This document shows, in pieces, positions 27,543 to 36,289 of a stretch of DNA of 64,000 bases. The position numbers were made by a program, and so were the translations under genes. Under the pieces are notes generated by a model, which worked only from the letters and a program-made list of their open reading frames with translations, ran no database searches and was not told the DNA's origin. This DNA comes from a virus. Each line of letters begins with the position of its first letter. Within the stretch, counting starts at the first letter, position 1. The DNA lies in IMG/VR virus record IMGVR_UViG_3300044801_000208, positions 1-64,000 of that record; one strand, written 5' to 3'.

Positions 27543-28704
27543 TTGATCCTCCCAGAGTGGAACTCTGGGATTCCTGACTGAATTATGCGCAGGCATAACT
27601 CATCTCGTGGGCCAATCCAGCCCCGGCAAATAGCGTGTTACAGGCCGCATTGACATCGCGGTCGTGCTCCGCTCCACAGGCGGAACATCGCCATTGCCTT
27701 ACCGACAATCCTGCTAGTCCTGTAGGTCCGGTTGGCTCCCCACATACCCAGCAAGTCTTGGTGGAAAACTTACTCTCAGGTTCGACATACGTCCCACCGC
27801 TTTTGGGCATCTTGTAGGACAGCATTTGCCGCAACTGATAGTGTGCCGAAGAAGCCACACTCTTGCCAAATCTCTTTGCGATTCCCTTGATTTTGTCTTT
27901 ACTGAACGCAATAAACACATTCTCTGCCACTAACCGTCGCGACAGTTTATGATTCCTGTCCTTCTTGCGATTGGCGATGCGTTCCTGAATCCTCGCCGCC
28001 AATGTTTTGTCGTGCCCCCGTTGGGCTTGGGCGAGGCGTTCCGCACCTGCTTCCAACTCCCGTGGGTGCTCGATGATTTCCCCGTCAGATGTTGTGAGCA
28101 GATTCGAGAAGCCGGGGTCAATGCCGATCTCTCCGAAAGCCAATCGCTCAATTGGCTTAGGGTATGCATCTATAAACAAGCAGAGGTGCCAGCCTGACGC
28201 TCGTTTAACCAGCCGTCCACACTTTATCTTGCCCTCCGGCAACTCCTGCTTGTGGAAGCGAAGACTGCCAAGTCCGGGCAATGTGATGCGGGTTCCTTTC
28301 GGTGCCTTGATTGGGTCTGGAAATGGAATGCTGGTCAGCCTGTTCCGCATCCCCTTTAGCCGTGGTTTGCCAGCGATTTTCCTGAAGCAGCGCTTCCACG
28401 CATCATGGACGGTACAAAGAACGCCCTGTAGCGCGTGGCTAGGAATGCCCAGCTTCTCTCCGTGGTTCGCTAAGATGTTTTGGAACTCTTGCCTACAAAA
28501 ATAGATTTTGTCCTTGGCGTTTAGCTCAATCTTCCTCACGGCGAAATTGTAGACCGACGCCAGATGGTAGAGCCATTGGTCGCAGGTTTGTTCCTGCACC
28601 TTGCAGGGTCGAAGTTTGAGTTGAACTTGGATCATATATTCCTAATACCGCAAAGGCATTCGCTAACCCAGACTGGAAGTCTGGGATTGCGCCCATAAGA
28701 GCCG
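27543..28704 (-). mobile_element. IS200/IS605-family (IS1341-type) element, tnpB only
   Basis: Left end after TTGAA with hairpin CCCAGAC-TTCCA-GTCTGGG; right end hairpin CCCAGAG-TTCCA-CTCTGGG ending TCAA; no tnpA. Confidence 0.85.
27583..28635 (-). CDS. tnpB: TnpB RNA-guided nuclease family protein (non-canonical RuvC-II)
   Basis: GIDPG, C..CG...W.C..CG..HDRDVNAA; FSKD where Glu is usual. Confidence 0.9.
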   Translation of the reverse strand: MIQVQLKLRPCKVQEQTCDQWLYHLASVYNFAVRKIELNAKDKIYFCRQEFQNILANHGEKLGIPSHALQGVLCTVHDAWKRCFRKIAGKPRLKGMRNRLTSIPFPDPIKAPKGTRITLPGLGSLRFHKQELPEGKIKCGRLVKRASGWHLCLFIDAYPKPIERLAFGEIGIDPGFSNLLTTSDGEIIEHPRELEAGAERLAQAQRGHDKTLAARIQERIANRKKDRNHKLSRRLVAENVFIAFSKDKIKGIAKRFGKSVASSAHYQLRQMLSYKMPKSGGTYVEPESKFSTKTCWVCGEPTGPTGLAGLSVRQWRCSACGAEHDRDVNAACNTLFAGAGLAHEMSYACA

Positions 28705-28772
28705 TTCAAACCCCCCGGATACTCTCAGGCAGAGTTCTAGTAACTGCTGATCTGCTAGCATGCGCGTGTCCC

Positions 28773-29111
28773 CTAAAGGCGGGACTGGCAGATCGCAACG
28801 CCCGTGGCCATGTTGCGCTTCTGGTGCGCGGGGCGGATGCAGGCGAGGCTGCCCTCCTCGTCGAAGCATTCCTGGCACTCGATCGGGCGGTTCTGCGGAT
28901 TGCGGGGGTCGACCGCCGGGGAGGACTGCCCTGCGGGCGTGCCCGCCTTGGCCGTCTCCTGGACGTGCTTGTCGTCGATGTGGGTCACCTTTTTGGCGCA
29001 GGCCTCCCAGAGGTTGGCCATGGCCACGCCTTCCTCGGGGTGGGCGTGGTACGTCAGGAGGACGTGGACGAGGTACTCATGCAGGACATCCGGTAATGTG
29101 ACAACCTTCAT
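28773..29111 (-). CDS. hypothetical protein
   Basis: 112-aa ORF; RBS GGAG. Confidence 0.55.
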   Translation of the reverse strand: MKVVTLPDVLHEYLVHVLLTYHAHPEEGVAMANLWEACAKKVTHIDDKHVQETAKAGTPAGQSSPAVDPRNPQNRPIECQECFDEEGSLACIRPAHQKRNMATGVAICQSRL

Positions 29112-29115
29112 TTTT

Positions 29116-29667
29116 TTACTCCAAGGGGTTGATACTGAGATGGGCGGAAATTTTCAAAACCCACGCGGCGAACTCTTGCTGACTGAGATGCCTTTTTGCG
29201 TAGTTGCACTGGGAACAGCACGGAACAACATTGCTACATGAATACCCTAGGTTGCTGTCCGCCCGATCAAGACCGTTGTAGACGTAGGAGCCGGACTTGA
29301 GTGCTTTTACGGCGGCTGGCGCACACCCGCAGTAGCGGCAGTTCTTTGACGTCAGAACAAAGAACTCTTCGTCCGTCAAGTTCCATCCGAGACCGCGCCT
29401 GGTAGCATTAAGTTTATACCGTAGGAGGACGTGGTTTTTGGCCGCTTCGCCAGGCGGGAGAATTTTTCTGCCCCTGCTGGCCTCCCGGCGTAAGCACCAG
29501 CAGCTTCGTGTCAGACCTCGGCGCAGGGCGTTGCTTGAAACTGGTTTCTCTACTCCGCAGTCGCAAAGGCACAGCCACACAGTGGCTCCCCAACGGTTGT
29601 TCTCCAGTCTATAGAGAGCCGTTAGCCGCCCGAATTTCTGCCCCGTAAGGTCAACTAGATTAGCCAC
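29116..29667 (-). CDS. HNH-type homing endonuclease (paralogue of 11549)
   Basis: DLTGQKFGRLT, W.C.CDCG, CRYCG, YNGLDR.DSNLGY...NVVPCC..CN.AK. Confidence 0.9.
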   Translation of the reverse strand: MANLVDLTGQKFGRLTALYRLENNRWGATVWLCLCDCGVEKPVSSNALRRGLTRSCWCLRREASRGRKILPPGEAAKNHVLLRYKLNATRRGLGWNLTDEEFFVLTSKNCRYCGCAPAAVKALKSGSYVYNGLDRADSNLGYSCSNVVPCCSQCNYAKRHLSQQEFAAWVLKISAHLSINPLE

Positions 29668-29672
29668 GCGTA

Positions 29673-30188
29673 CTAATACTGAGTAGTTGAATAACTACTT
29701 AGTTCTGGGGCTCGAACTGACTGACTATCGAACGGGAAGCCCTGGCCGAGCAGGGCGGACAGGTCGACGTCCTGCGCGGCGTCCTGTTGCGGCGCGGGGG
29801 CGAAGTACTCCGCGAGGGTGGTGGCCGGACTGACACCTAGAGCCTTGGCGACGATCTTGCCCCAGCGGTAGTCCCCCGCGTAAATCTTGGAGACCTGGTT
29901 GATGGTCATGGACAGGCGGTAGTGTTTGGACTGGCCCGCCGCCAGCTTCGCGACTTGGGTTCGAAGAGCCGCCCAGCCCTCGGCGTCGTTGCGAAAGTGG
30001 ATGTAGTGGTCGACGCGCTTGAGGTCGCCTGGGTTGTGGTTGCGGGTGGGGAGCGCGTGTTTGACGCCGAAGCCCTCGGCTTGGGCGACGGCGGCGGCGA
30101 ACGAGTCAAGCTTCTGCTGGTCAACAGCTTGGGCGGCCGCGAACACGGGCAGCGCAAGCATGGCGGCTAGCATCAGTTTAGCTCTCAT
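29673..30188 (-). CDS. exported lysozyme-like protein
   Basis: Signal peptide; AEG......RNHNPGDL...F....EGW.AL motif. Confidence 0.6.
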   Translation of the reverse strand: MRAKLMLAAMLALPVFAAAQAVDQQKLDSFAAAVAQAEGFGVKHALPTRNHNPGDLKRVDHYIHFRNDAEGWAALRTQVAKLAAGQSKHYRLSMTINQVSKIYAGDYRWGKIVAKALGVSPATTLAEYFAPAPQQDAAQDVDLSALLGQGFPFDSQSVRAPELSSYSTTQY

Positions 30189-30418
30189 GTGTTTCCTCCG
30201 TTCCTATACTGTACGGTTTTCCTGTCATCTTTGGCCAGCCGCAAGGTGCTGATTCGGCTGGACTTGCAATCTTGTTTTCCTCCAAAAAACACTTCGGGGA
30301 GCCTGAAGCTCCCCGCACACATAATACCCCGGAAGTTGAAGAAAACACAAGAAGAAAGTATAAGCCCTTTGCTTTCAAGCGTTTTGTGTGACTTTTCGCC
30401 CCTTCAATGAGGGGCTCC

Positions 30419-31969
30419 ATGGCCGACGTCTACAGGATTCCGACAATCTCCGCGCCCGTGGCCCAGCCCCAGGCGGCGGGCAGCGCCCTGATCGGCGCGG
30501 TGGCGGTGTCGTCGGGCGTGGCGGACGCAGGCAAGGTGCTCCTGCTGGACTCCACGGGCCAGATAGACCCCTCGTTCATCTCGGGCGGCGGCTCGCAGCT
30601 CTACGTCAACACCGTCCCCGTCTCCAGCCCCAACTTCCAGAGCAGCGCCACGGTCGCGTTCGCCGTGCTGGGGAGCAACATCACGGCCACGGCGGCGAGC
30701 GGCTCCGCGTTCCAGGTCAACGGCTCCCCGGTCTCCTCGTCCGCGACGATCAACTTCGAGAACGGCACGGACATCACGGTCAGCAACCCGTCGGCCGGGA
30801 ACGTCCAGTTCGCCTTCAACGGGACGCTGCCGCAGAACACCCCGGCCGTCTTGCACGAGTTCGTCACGGCGTACAACTCCGCGACCGGGGTCTTCACCCA
30901 GGCGCAGCCAGCCTACGGCGACATCTCGGGCACGCCCAACCTGTCGGTCTACGCCCTCCTGTCCGGCGCTACGTTCACGGGGACGGTGTCAGCGCCGACC
31001 CTCGTGTCCACGACGAACCTCCACGTGGGGGGCACGCTTGAGGACGGCTCCAGCTCGGTGGGCACGATCGGCCAGGTGCTCACCTCCACGGTGACGGGCG
31101 TGCAGTGGGCGACGTTCAGTTCCACCCCGTCCTTCAGCGCGATCACGACGGGGACGAACATCACGGCGACCATGACGGTGGGGTCGGGTGCCTCGCTCGC
31201 GTTCAGCGGAACCGGGGTAGTGAACGCGAACGAGCTGTACGGGGTCACCATAAACAGCACAGCGCCCGGCACCGGGCAGGTGCTCACGGCGACGAGCTCC
31301 TCGGCGGCGGCGTGGCAGACGCCAGCCGGCTCTCTGTTCGCCTTCCAGCCCGCCATCGTCCCCCCGGCCCCCGTGACCTCGTGGACCAAATACGACGTCG
31401 GCTCCACGGGCACGTTCACGGACCTCGCGGAGGCCGTCATGGTCAGCACGTCGGCGGGCGACGCCTGGAAGTTCCTGTACACTGCGGTGCCCGGCCCGTC
31501 CGGGACCGCGTTCACCCTGACGGCCGCCTTCTTCGCCAACATATACCCGAACAACGCCGGGAACCTGAACGGCTACCCGCAGGCCTGCCTGTTCGTGCAG
31601 GGGGCGTCCGGCTTCAGGCCGTTCGGGGCGATCAGCGGGTCCAACCCGAGCTCCTCCGCCCTGAACGCCGCGCCCCTGGGAACCTGGGTCGGCGGGTGGA
31701 GCAGCTTCACGAGCCAGGCGCTCGACGCCGTGCCGCCGGTCGCCTACCCCGTGCCCCAGCCCATGTGGTGCCGCATCCGGTACGACGGCACTAACCTGTC
31801 CTTCTGGCTGGCGCAGAACGGGGTGGACTGGATTGAAGCGTACACGGAGGTCTCCAGCTCGGGTGTCCTGGCGGGAGCGCCGCAGCAGATAGGGTTCGGC
31901 GTCAACAACTACTCAAGCCCGAAGCCGGCGATAATCACGCTGGTGCACTGGAGCGTGACAACGCCATGA
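30419..31969 (+). CDS. tail fibre / receptor-binding-like protein
   Basis: Ser/Thr/Gly/Ala-rich repeats (GQVLT twice), C-terminal lectin-like beta domain (RIRYDGTN...NGVDW). Confidence 0.65.
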   Translation: MADVYRIPTISAPVAQPQAAGSALIGAVAVSSGVADAGKVLLLDSTGQIDPSFISGGGSQLYVNTVPVSSPNFQSSATVAFAVLGSNITATAASGSAFQVNGSPVSSSATINFENGTDITVSNPSAGNVQFAFNGTLPQNTPAVLHEFVTAYNSATGVFTQAQPAYGDISGTPNLSVYALLSGATFTGTVSAPTLVSTTNLHVGGTLEDGSSSVGTIGQVLTSTVTGVQWATFSSTPSFSAITTGTNITATMTVGSGASLAFSGTGVVNANELYGVTINSTAPGTGQVLTATSSSAAAWQTPAGSLFAFQPAIVPPAPVTSWTKYDVGSTGTFTDLAEAVMVSTSAGDAWKFLYTAVPGPSGTAFTLTAAFFANIYPNNAGNLNGYPQACLFVQGASGFRPFGAISGSNPSSSALNAAPLGTWVGGWSSFTSQALDAVPPVAYPVPQPMWCRIRYDGTNLSFWLAQNGVDWIEAYTEVSSSGVLAGAPQQIGFGVNNYSSPKPAIITLVHWSVTTP

Positions 31970-32240
31970 CGATACTCACGCCCGGCGCACACGCCGCCGG
32001 AGGTGACGCGGACTTCGCCGCGAAGCCGGCGGGATTTATTTTCTCGCCAACTCGGGGCAGAGCCAGCCGACGTCAACCGCCGCGTACACGGGCTGGGGAT
32101 TTTTAGGGATGACCTGGATGAAGACCGTCTGGGCGATATGCGTGGGCTTCTGGCAGCCCAGCCAAAGCACTCCGTACTCCGGTCAGGTCTACCCGACGGG
32201 CGGAAACGGCGGCGGCGTGGGCCAGACTTACCCCTACTGA

Positions 32241-35200
32241 TTACGGCGCGTACAGCGTCGGGATGTGCGGCTCGTAGAGCATCGTGTCCGCCGTCTGCGC
32301 CATCCCCACGTACACAATCCACCCGACCTGATTGATGAGCGTCACGTAGTCCTGCGTCAGTGCGCCCTGCGGCCCGGCGTAGATCGGATTCCCGACCGTG
32401 AAGGACGCGCCCCGTATCGTGTACTGCCCGCCGTAGGTGGTACCGACCGGGGCGTCCGCGCCCGCCACGCCCTGGACCGGCACTATGCCGTCTGGGTTCG
32501 GGGCCAGCAGAGCGCCCGTGGAGTCGACCGCGTAGAACGCGTTGCCCTGGGTCTCAGGCGTCGTGGCGTAGGCTCCGTACAGCGTAGGGTCGGCCGCCGT
32601 GAAGCCCGTGTAGGCCGGGCCGGGGCCGATCAGGGTCGCGACCGTGGTCACCACGCCGTTGAGGTACGTCGCCGCCCCCAGGTTCCTGAACACCACGAGG
32701 CTGCCGACGGAGAAGTGGTTCGCCGCCGTGATCGTCAGCACGCTCCCCGCCGACTCCGCCACGTTGGTGACAGGCGGCACGAACGGGTCGATCGGGGCCA
32801 CGGTGCCGTCGTCCTGCACGAACACGACCGTACCTGGCGGGAACGGGCTGGTCCACCACGTCGGCGGAGCCTCCACCACGAAGTCGATCGTGTCCCCGGC
32901 GGACGCGACCGGGATGACGGGGAGCGGCGTGATCGAGGTCAGGATCATGCTGAACAGGCTACCGGGGAGGACCTGCACGAGGGGCGCGGTGAGGTTGCTG
33001 GACGCCTCGACCATGACGATGTCCCCGGCGGTGAAGTTCCCGGTGAAGGAGAAGGGCACGGTCAGCATCCCAGGCGCGTCGAGCTCGTACGAGTTGGTGT
33101 AGATCGGCGTGCCGTTCTGGGTCACGGTCACCGTGAACAGCCCCTCGGCGGCCGTGGAGAAGATGAGCTGCCCGTTCCCGGAGTACGCGCCCGTGGCCCG
33201 CAGGGTAAACGTCGTCGGGCTGGTGACGTTGCCCGTGTAGTCGAACACGATCTGGTCGAACGCGACGGGGGTCTGCGCGGGGGCGGCGGCCACGGTCGTG
33301 GTGTCGGCCTCCGCGTCAACGTTGAACCCGACCTGCTGCGCGTTCGCTATCAGGGCGTTGGCGGTGGCGACCTGCGCCGCGACCGCGCCCTGGAACTGGT
33401 TCTTGAACGTCTGGAGCCCCGCGTAGCTCAGGTTCGTCCTCAGCATGGCCATCTGCACGGGGATGGGCTGCCCCTGTATGTCGGGGCGGTTGAGGAACGC
33501 CTCCGCGTCCAGCTCCGTGGGGATCGTCACCCAGCCGTTGGTCGCGGGCGTGGGCGTGGAGCTGTTGGTGAACGTGACGATCGGCGCGACCGGGATCGGG
33601 AGGAGCGGGGTGCCCGGCGTCCGGCTGCGGTTGCGGCTGGCCGTGTCGGCCTGCAACGCCTGGTACGCTGACGCGCTGCCCAGCGGGTCGACCGCACCGT
33701 CTAGCGTACCGAAGTACGTCACCGCGAACTGCACGAGGTACGGGTCCTGCGCCAGGAGCGTCGTCAGGCTGGTGGAGAAGTCGCGCCAGAACTGGCTGAA
33801 GCGGTCCACTGTCGAGGCGACCGCGAACGGGCTGTAGGTGTAGCGGTTGCCGAGCCTCGGCGACTGGTACGTGGTGTCGTTCAGGATGTTCACGGACGCC
33901 GCCTGGATGACCGCCGCCATGACCGCCGCGTAGGCGCTCGGGAAAGTGATTGGCACGGGGAACTCCGCCGTGCCCTCGCCGAGGGTCACCGTGGTCGTGC
34001 CGCTGCCCGCAGGGGTAGGGACGTAGTCGAGGTCGGAGCCCGTGGGGCCGGAGAGGTAGTTCGAGTCCTGGTAGCCGTCCCACGTCTTGTTGCGCGTGTA
34101 CCCGAGCAGGGACGCCTCGACGTAGGAGAGCTTCCACAGCAGCGTGAAGAGCTTCTGGCCGCTCAGAGAGTTGAGCAGGGTGTACAGCGGCAGCACCGGG
34201 GCGTTCTGGTAGACGACCCCCTGGGGGCTGACCGCCCACGTGGACGGGTTCGCGCCCGGCTCCAGGTTCGTGTTCCCGGAGTTGGCGATGTAGAGGTTCC
34301 CGCCGAAGGTCACCACGTCATTCTGCTGGTACTGGACCGTGGGGTCCCAGATGCTCATGTACTCCGGCCCGTCGCCGCTCGCGTCGTTGTACGGCACGGG
34401 GACGGTGTTCAGGTAGGTCACGGACGGCTGTATGTATGCCAGGAACGCCGCCTCGAAGTTCGGTATCCAGTTGCCGCCGCGCCCGGCCCTGGCGGCGGCT
34501 AGGTAGAGGAGCCACGCGGACATGATGAACGGGTCGTAGTTGTTCGCGACGATCTCTCCGAGGTTGATGTAGTGGACCAGGTCCTTGCGGAGCTGCGGCT
34601 GGCGCACGGCGAGGTTCGGGCTCGCGTAGTCCGGGTCGCTCGGCTCCACGGTGTCGCCGCGCAGGGACGGCACGATGGACACGATGTTCGCCGTGTACGT
34701 GGACGCGGGCAGGCTGTAGGCGTCGACGATGGTGTGCGGGTCGGGGACCGCGCCGTCCATAGAGGAGTTCGGGTTGAAGTCCGGGCCGAACACGGGGGAG
34801 CTCGTCGGGTCCACGGACGGGGAGCCGCCGAGCGGCGGGATGTACTGCGCGGTGCCGAGCGACAGCCCGCTGTTCGTCAGGACCATCTGCGGGATGCTCG
34901 GGCCGAGCACGCCGGAGCCGTTCAGGCCGGGGATCGTGAGCGAGCACTGGCTGAACGAGAAGTTGAAGTTGAAGACGGGCGGCTTCGTGAACGCCTTGGC
35001 GAAGTTCGCGAGCGGCGCGAAGTTGAACCCGTTCCAGTTCCACATGCCCTCGGGCAGGAGGTTCGGGATGGACGGGAGCGCGGGGAGCCCCCAGTTGCAG
35101 ATGTTGTTCAGCAGGTTGGCCAGGGCGTTCAGGCTCGACTGCACCATCTGGACCATGGACTGCTCTATCGCCAGGAGCGTGTTGAGGTTGGTCGTCACCG

Positions 35201-35552
35201 CCATCACCAGCCCCAGAATCTCCTGCTGGAACTTGTTCGCCGTCTGGATGATGCTGATGCCGTCCGCGATGTACTTGGGGACGCGGGCGTGGTGCCCGAG
35301 CTGGCCGTCGACCGCCAGCTGGTTCATGTGCGTGTACGTCTCGATCTGGTTGACGAGGAGCTGCTTCTTCTGGAGGATTATGTTGTTCGCGTCCGTGATG
35401 CTGGACTCAAGGACGCGGCCCTGCTCCATCGCCTGCTGGTAGTAGTGCGAGATGGTCGGGTCGTTGAGCGGGTTGACGCGGTTCACCGCGCCCTTGGCCT
35501 TGATGGGCCACAGCAGCGCGTTCTGCTCGGCTTGTGTTAGATTATCCGCCAT
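32241..35552 (-). CDS. large virion structural (baseplate/tail) protein
   Basis: 1103 aa; WDPTVQYQQNDVVTF carbohydrate-binding-like module; lies in the tail module. Confidence 0.65.
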   Translation of the reverse strand: MADNLTQAEQNALLWPIKAKGAVNRVNPLNDPTISHYYQQAMEQGRVLESSITDANNIILQKKQLLVNQIETYTHMNQLAVDGQLGHHARVPKYIADGISIIQTANKFQQEILGLVMAVTTNLNTLLAIEQSMVQMVQSSLNALANLLNNICNWGLPALPSIPNLLPEGMWNWNGFNFAPLANFAKAFTKPPVFNFNFSFSQCSLTIPGLNGSGVLGPSIPQMVLTNSGLSLGTAQYIPPLGGSPSVDPTSSPVFGPDFNPNSSMDGAVPDPHTIVDAYSLPASTYTANIVSIVPSLRGDTVEPSDPDYASPNLAVRQPQLRKDLVHYINLGEIVANNYDPFIMSAWLLYLAAARAGRGGNWIPNFEAAFLAYIQPSVTYLNTVPVPYNDASGDGPEYMSIWDPTVQYQQNDVVTFGGNLYIANSGNTNLEPGANPSTWAVSPQGVVYQNAPVLPLYTLLNSLSGQKLFTLLWKLSYVEASLLGYTRNKTWDGYQDSNYLSGPTGSDLDYVPTPAGSGTTTVTLGEGTAEFPVPITFPSAYAAVMAAVIQAASVNILNDTTYQSPRLGNRYTYSPFAVASTVDRFSQFWRDFSTSLTTLLAQDPYLVQFAVTYFGTLDGAVDPLGSASAYQALQADTASRNRSRTPGTPLLPIPVAPIVTFTNSSTPTPATNGWVTIPTELDAEAFLNRPDIQGQPIPVQMAMLRTNLSYAGLQTFKNQFQGAVAAQVATANALIANAQQVGFNVDAEADTTTVAAAPAQTPVAFDQIVFDYTGNVTSPTTFTLRATGAYSGNGQLIFSTAAEGLFTVTVTQNGTPIYTNSYELDAPGMLTVPFSFTGNFTAGDIVMVEASSNLTAPLVQVLPGSLFSMILTSITPLPVIPVASAGDTIDFVVEAPPTWWTSPFPPGTVVFVQDDGTVAPIDPFVPPVTNVAESAGSVLTITAANHFSVGSLVVFRNLGAATYLNGVVTTVATLIGPGPAYTGFTAADPTLYGAYATTPETQGNAFYAVDSTGALLAPNPDGIVPVQGVAGADAPVGTTYGGQYTIRGASFTVGNPIYAGPQGALTQDYVTLINQVGWIVYVGMAQTADTMLYEPHIPTLYAP

Positions 35553-36283
35553 TAGCTATACCTGCCGTTAGCGCCCCTTTTCCGATGTGCGGCTGTGTCA
35601 ATCCCTTTTTTACTTTGACTTATACGTTCTGCACGCAGCCGCCTTTTTTCGGCGTTCGCCGGGTCTGCATGCCAATGATGAGATCGTTTAGACTGCCCCT
35701 GTTTCCACTCTTCAGAGTGTTTCAAAGGATGTATTTTCTGCCATTGTCTTGTTGATTCAGCATGACGGTTTCTTGTTTCTTCGGTGTTGTGGGCTTGCTT
35801 GAAAGCCGCTTTTTTCACGGGGTCGGAGAAACGTGCTAACTGAGCTTCAGACACAGCTTTTTTGACCGTAGAACTGGTCATAGCCTGTTTCGTAATAGCG
35901 CTTTGTCGTTCTCTGTTTGCTGAATCGGTGTAAAACCGTGCTAAAGACTCCTTCTGTCGCCTTAAAATTTCAGGGTTCTTGTCATCAGATGGGGTCCATG
36001 CGCACGAGATGTTGAACTGAGAGGCTGCTGTGCGGGAAATCCAAGCCTGCTCGCGGGCTCGTAACCAAATCTTGTCCTCAACCTTTTCCAAAATCCCGCA
36101 CACGAACTCATTTTCCCCATACTTGTTCCAAGCTTTCTGGAGATAGGGATTATCGTGGGTACCTCTGCGCAAATTTCTTTGGTGGTATTGCAAGCGCTTT
36201 TCACACTGCACGGAGCTGCCGACGTACACCCGTCCATCCAGCAACAACGTTATCCCGTACACGCCTTGTGTGTTCGTTTTCAT
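35552..36283 (-). CDS. GIY-YIG homing endonuclease
   Basis: GVYGI......VYVGSS....R...H...LRRG.H.N..LQ.AWNKYG. Confidence 0.9.
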   Translation of the reverse strand: MKTNTQGVYGITLLLDGRVYVGSSVQCEKRLQYHQRNLRRGTHDNPYLQKAWNKYGENEFVCGILEKVEDKIWLRAREQAWISRTAASQFNISCAWTPSDDKNPEILRRQKESLARFYTDSANRERQSAITKQAMTSSTVKKAVSEAQLARFSDPVKKAAFKQAHNTEETRNRHAESTRQWQKIHPLKHSEEWKQGQSKRSHHWHADPANAEKRRLRAERISQSKKGIDTAAHRKRGANGRYS

Positions 36284-36289
36284 TTGTTT

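Noticed and set aside
31966-32240. Short ORFs or RNA between convergent tail genes
   Set aside because: Look like gene fragments; no convincing structure or motif
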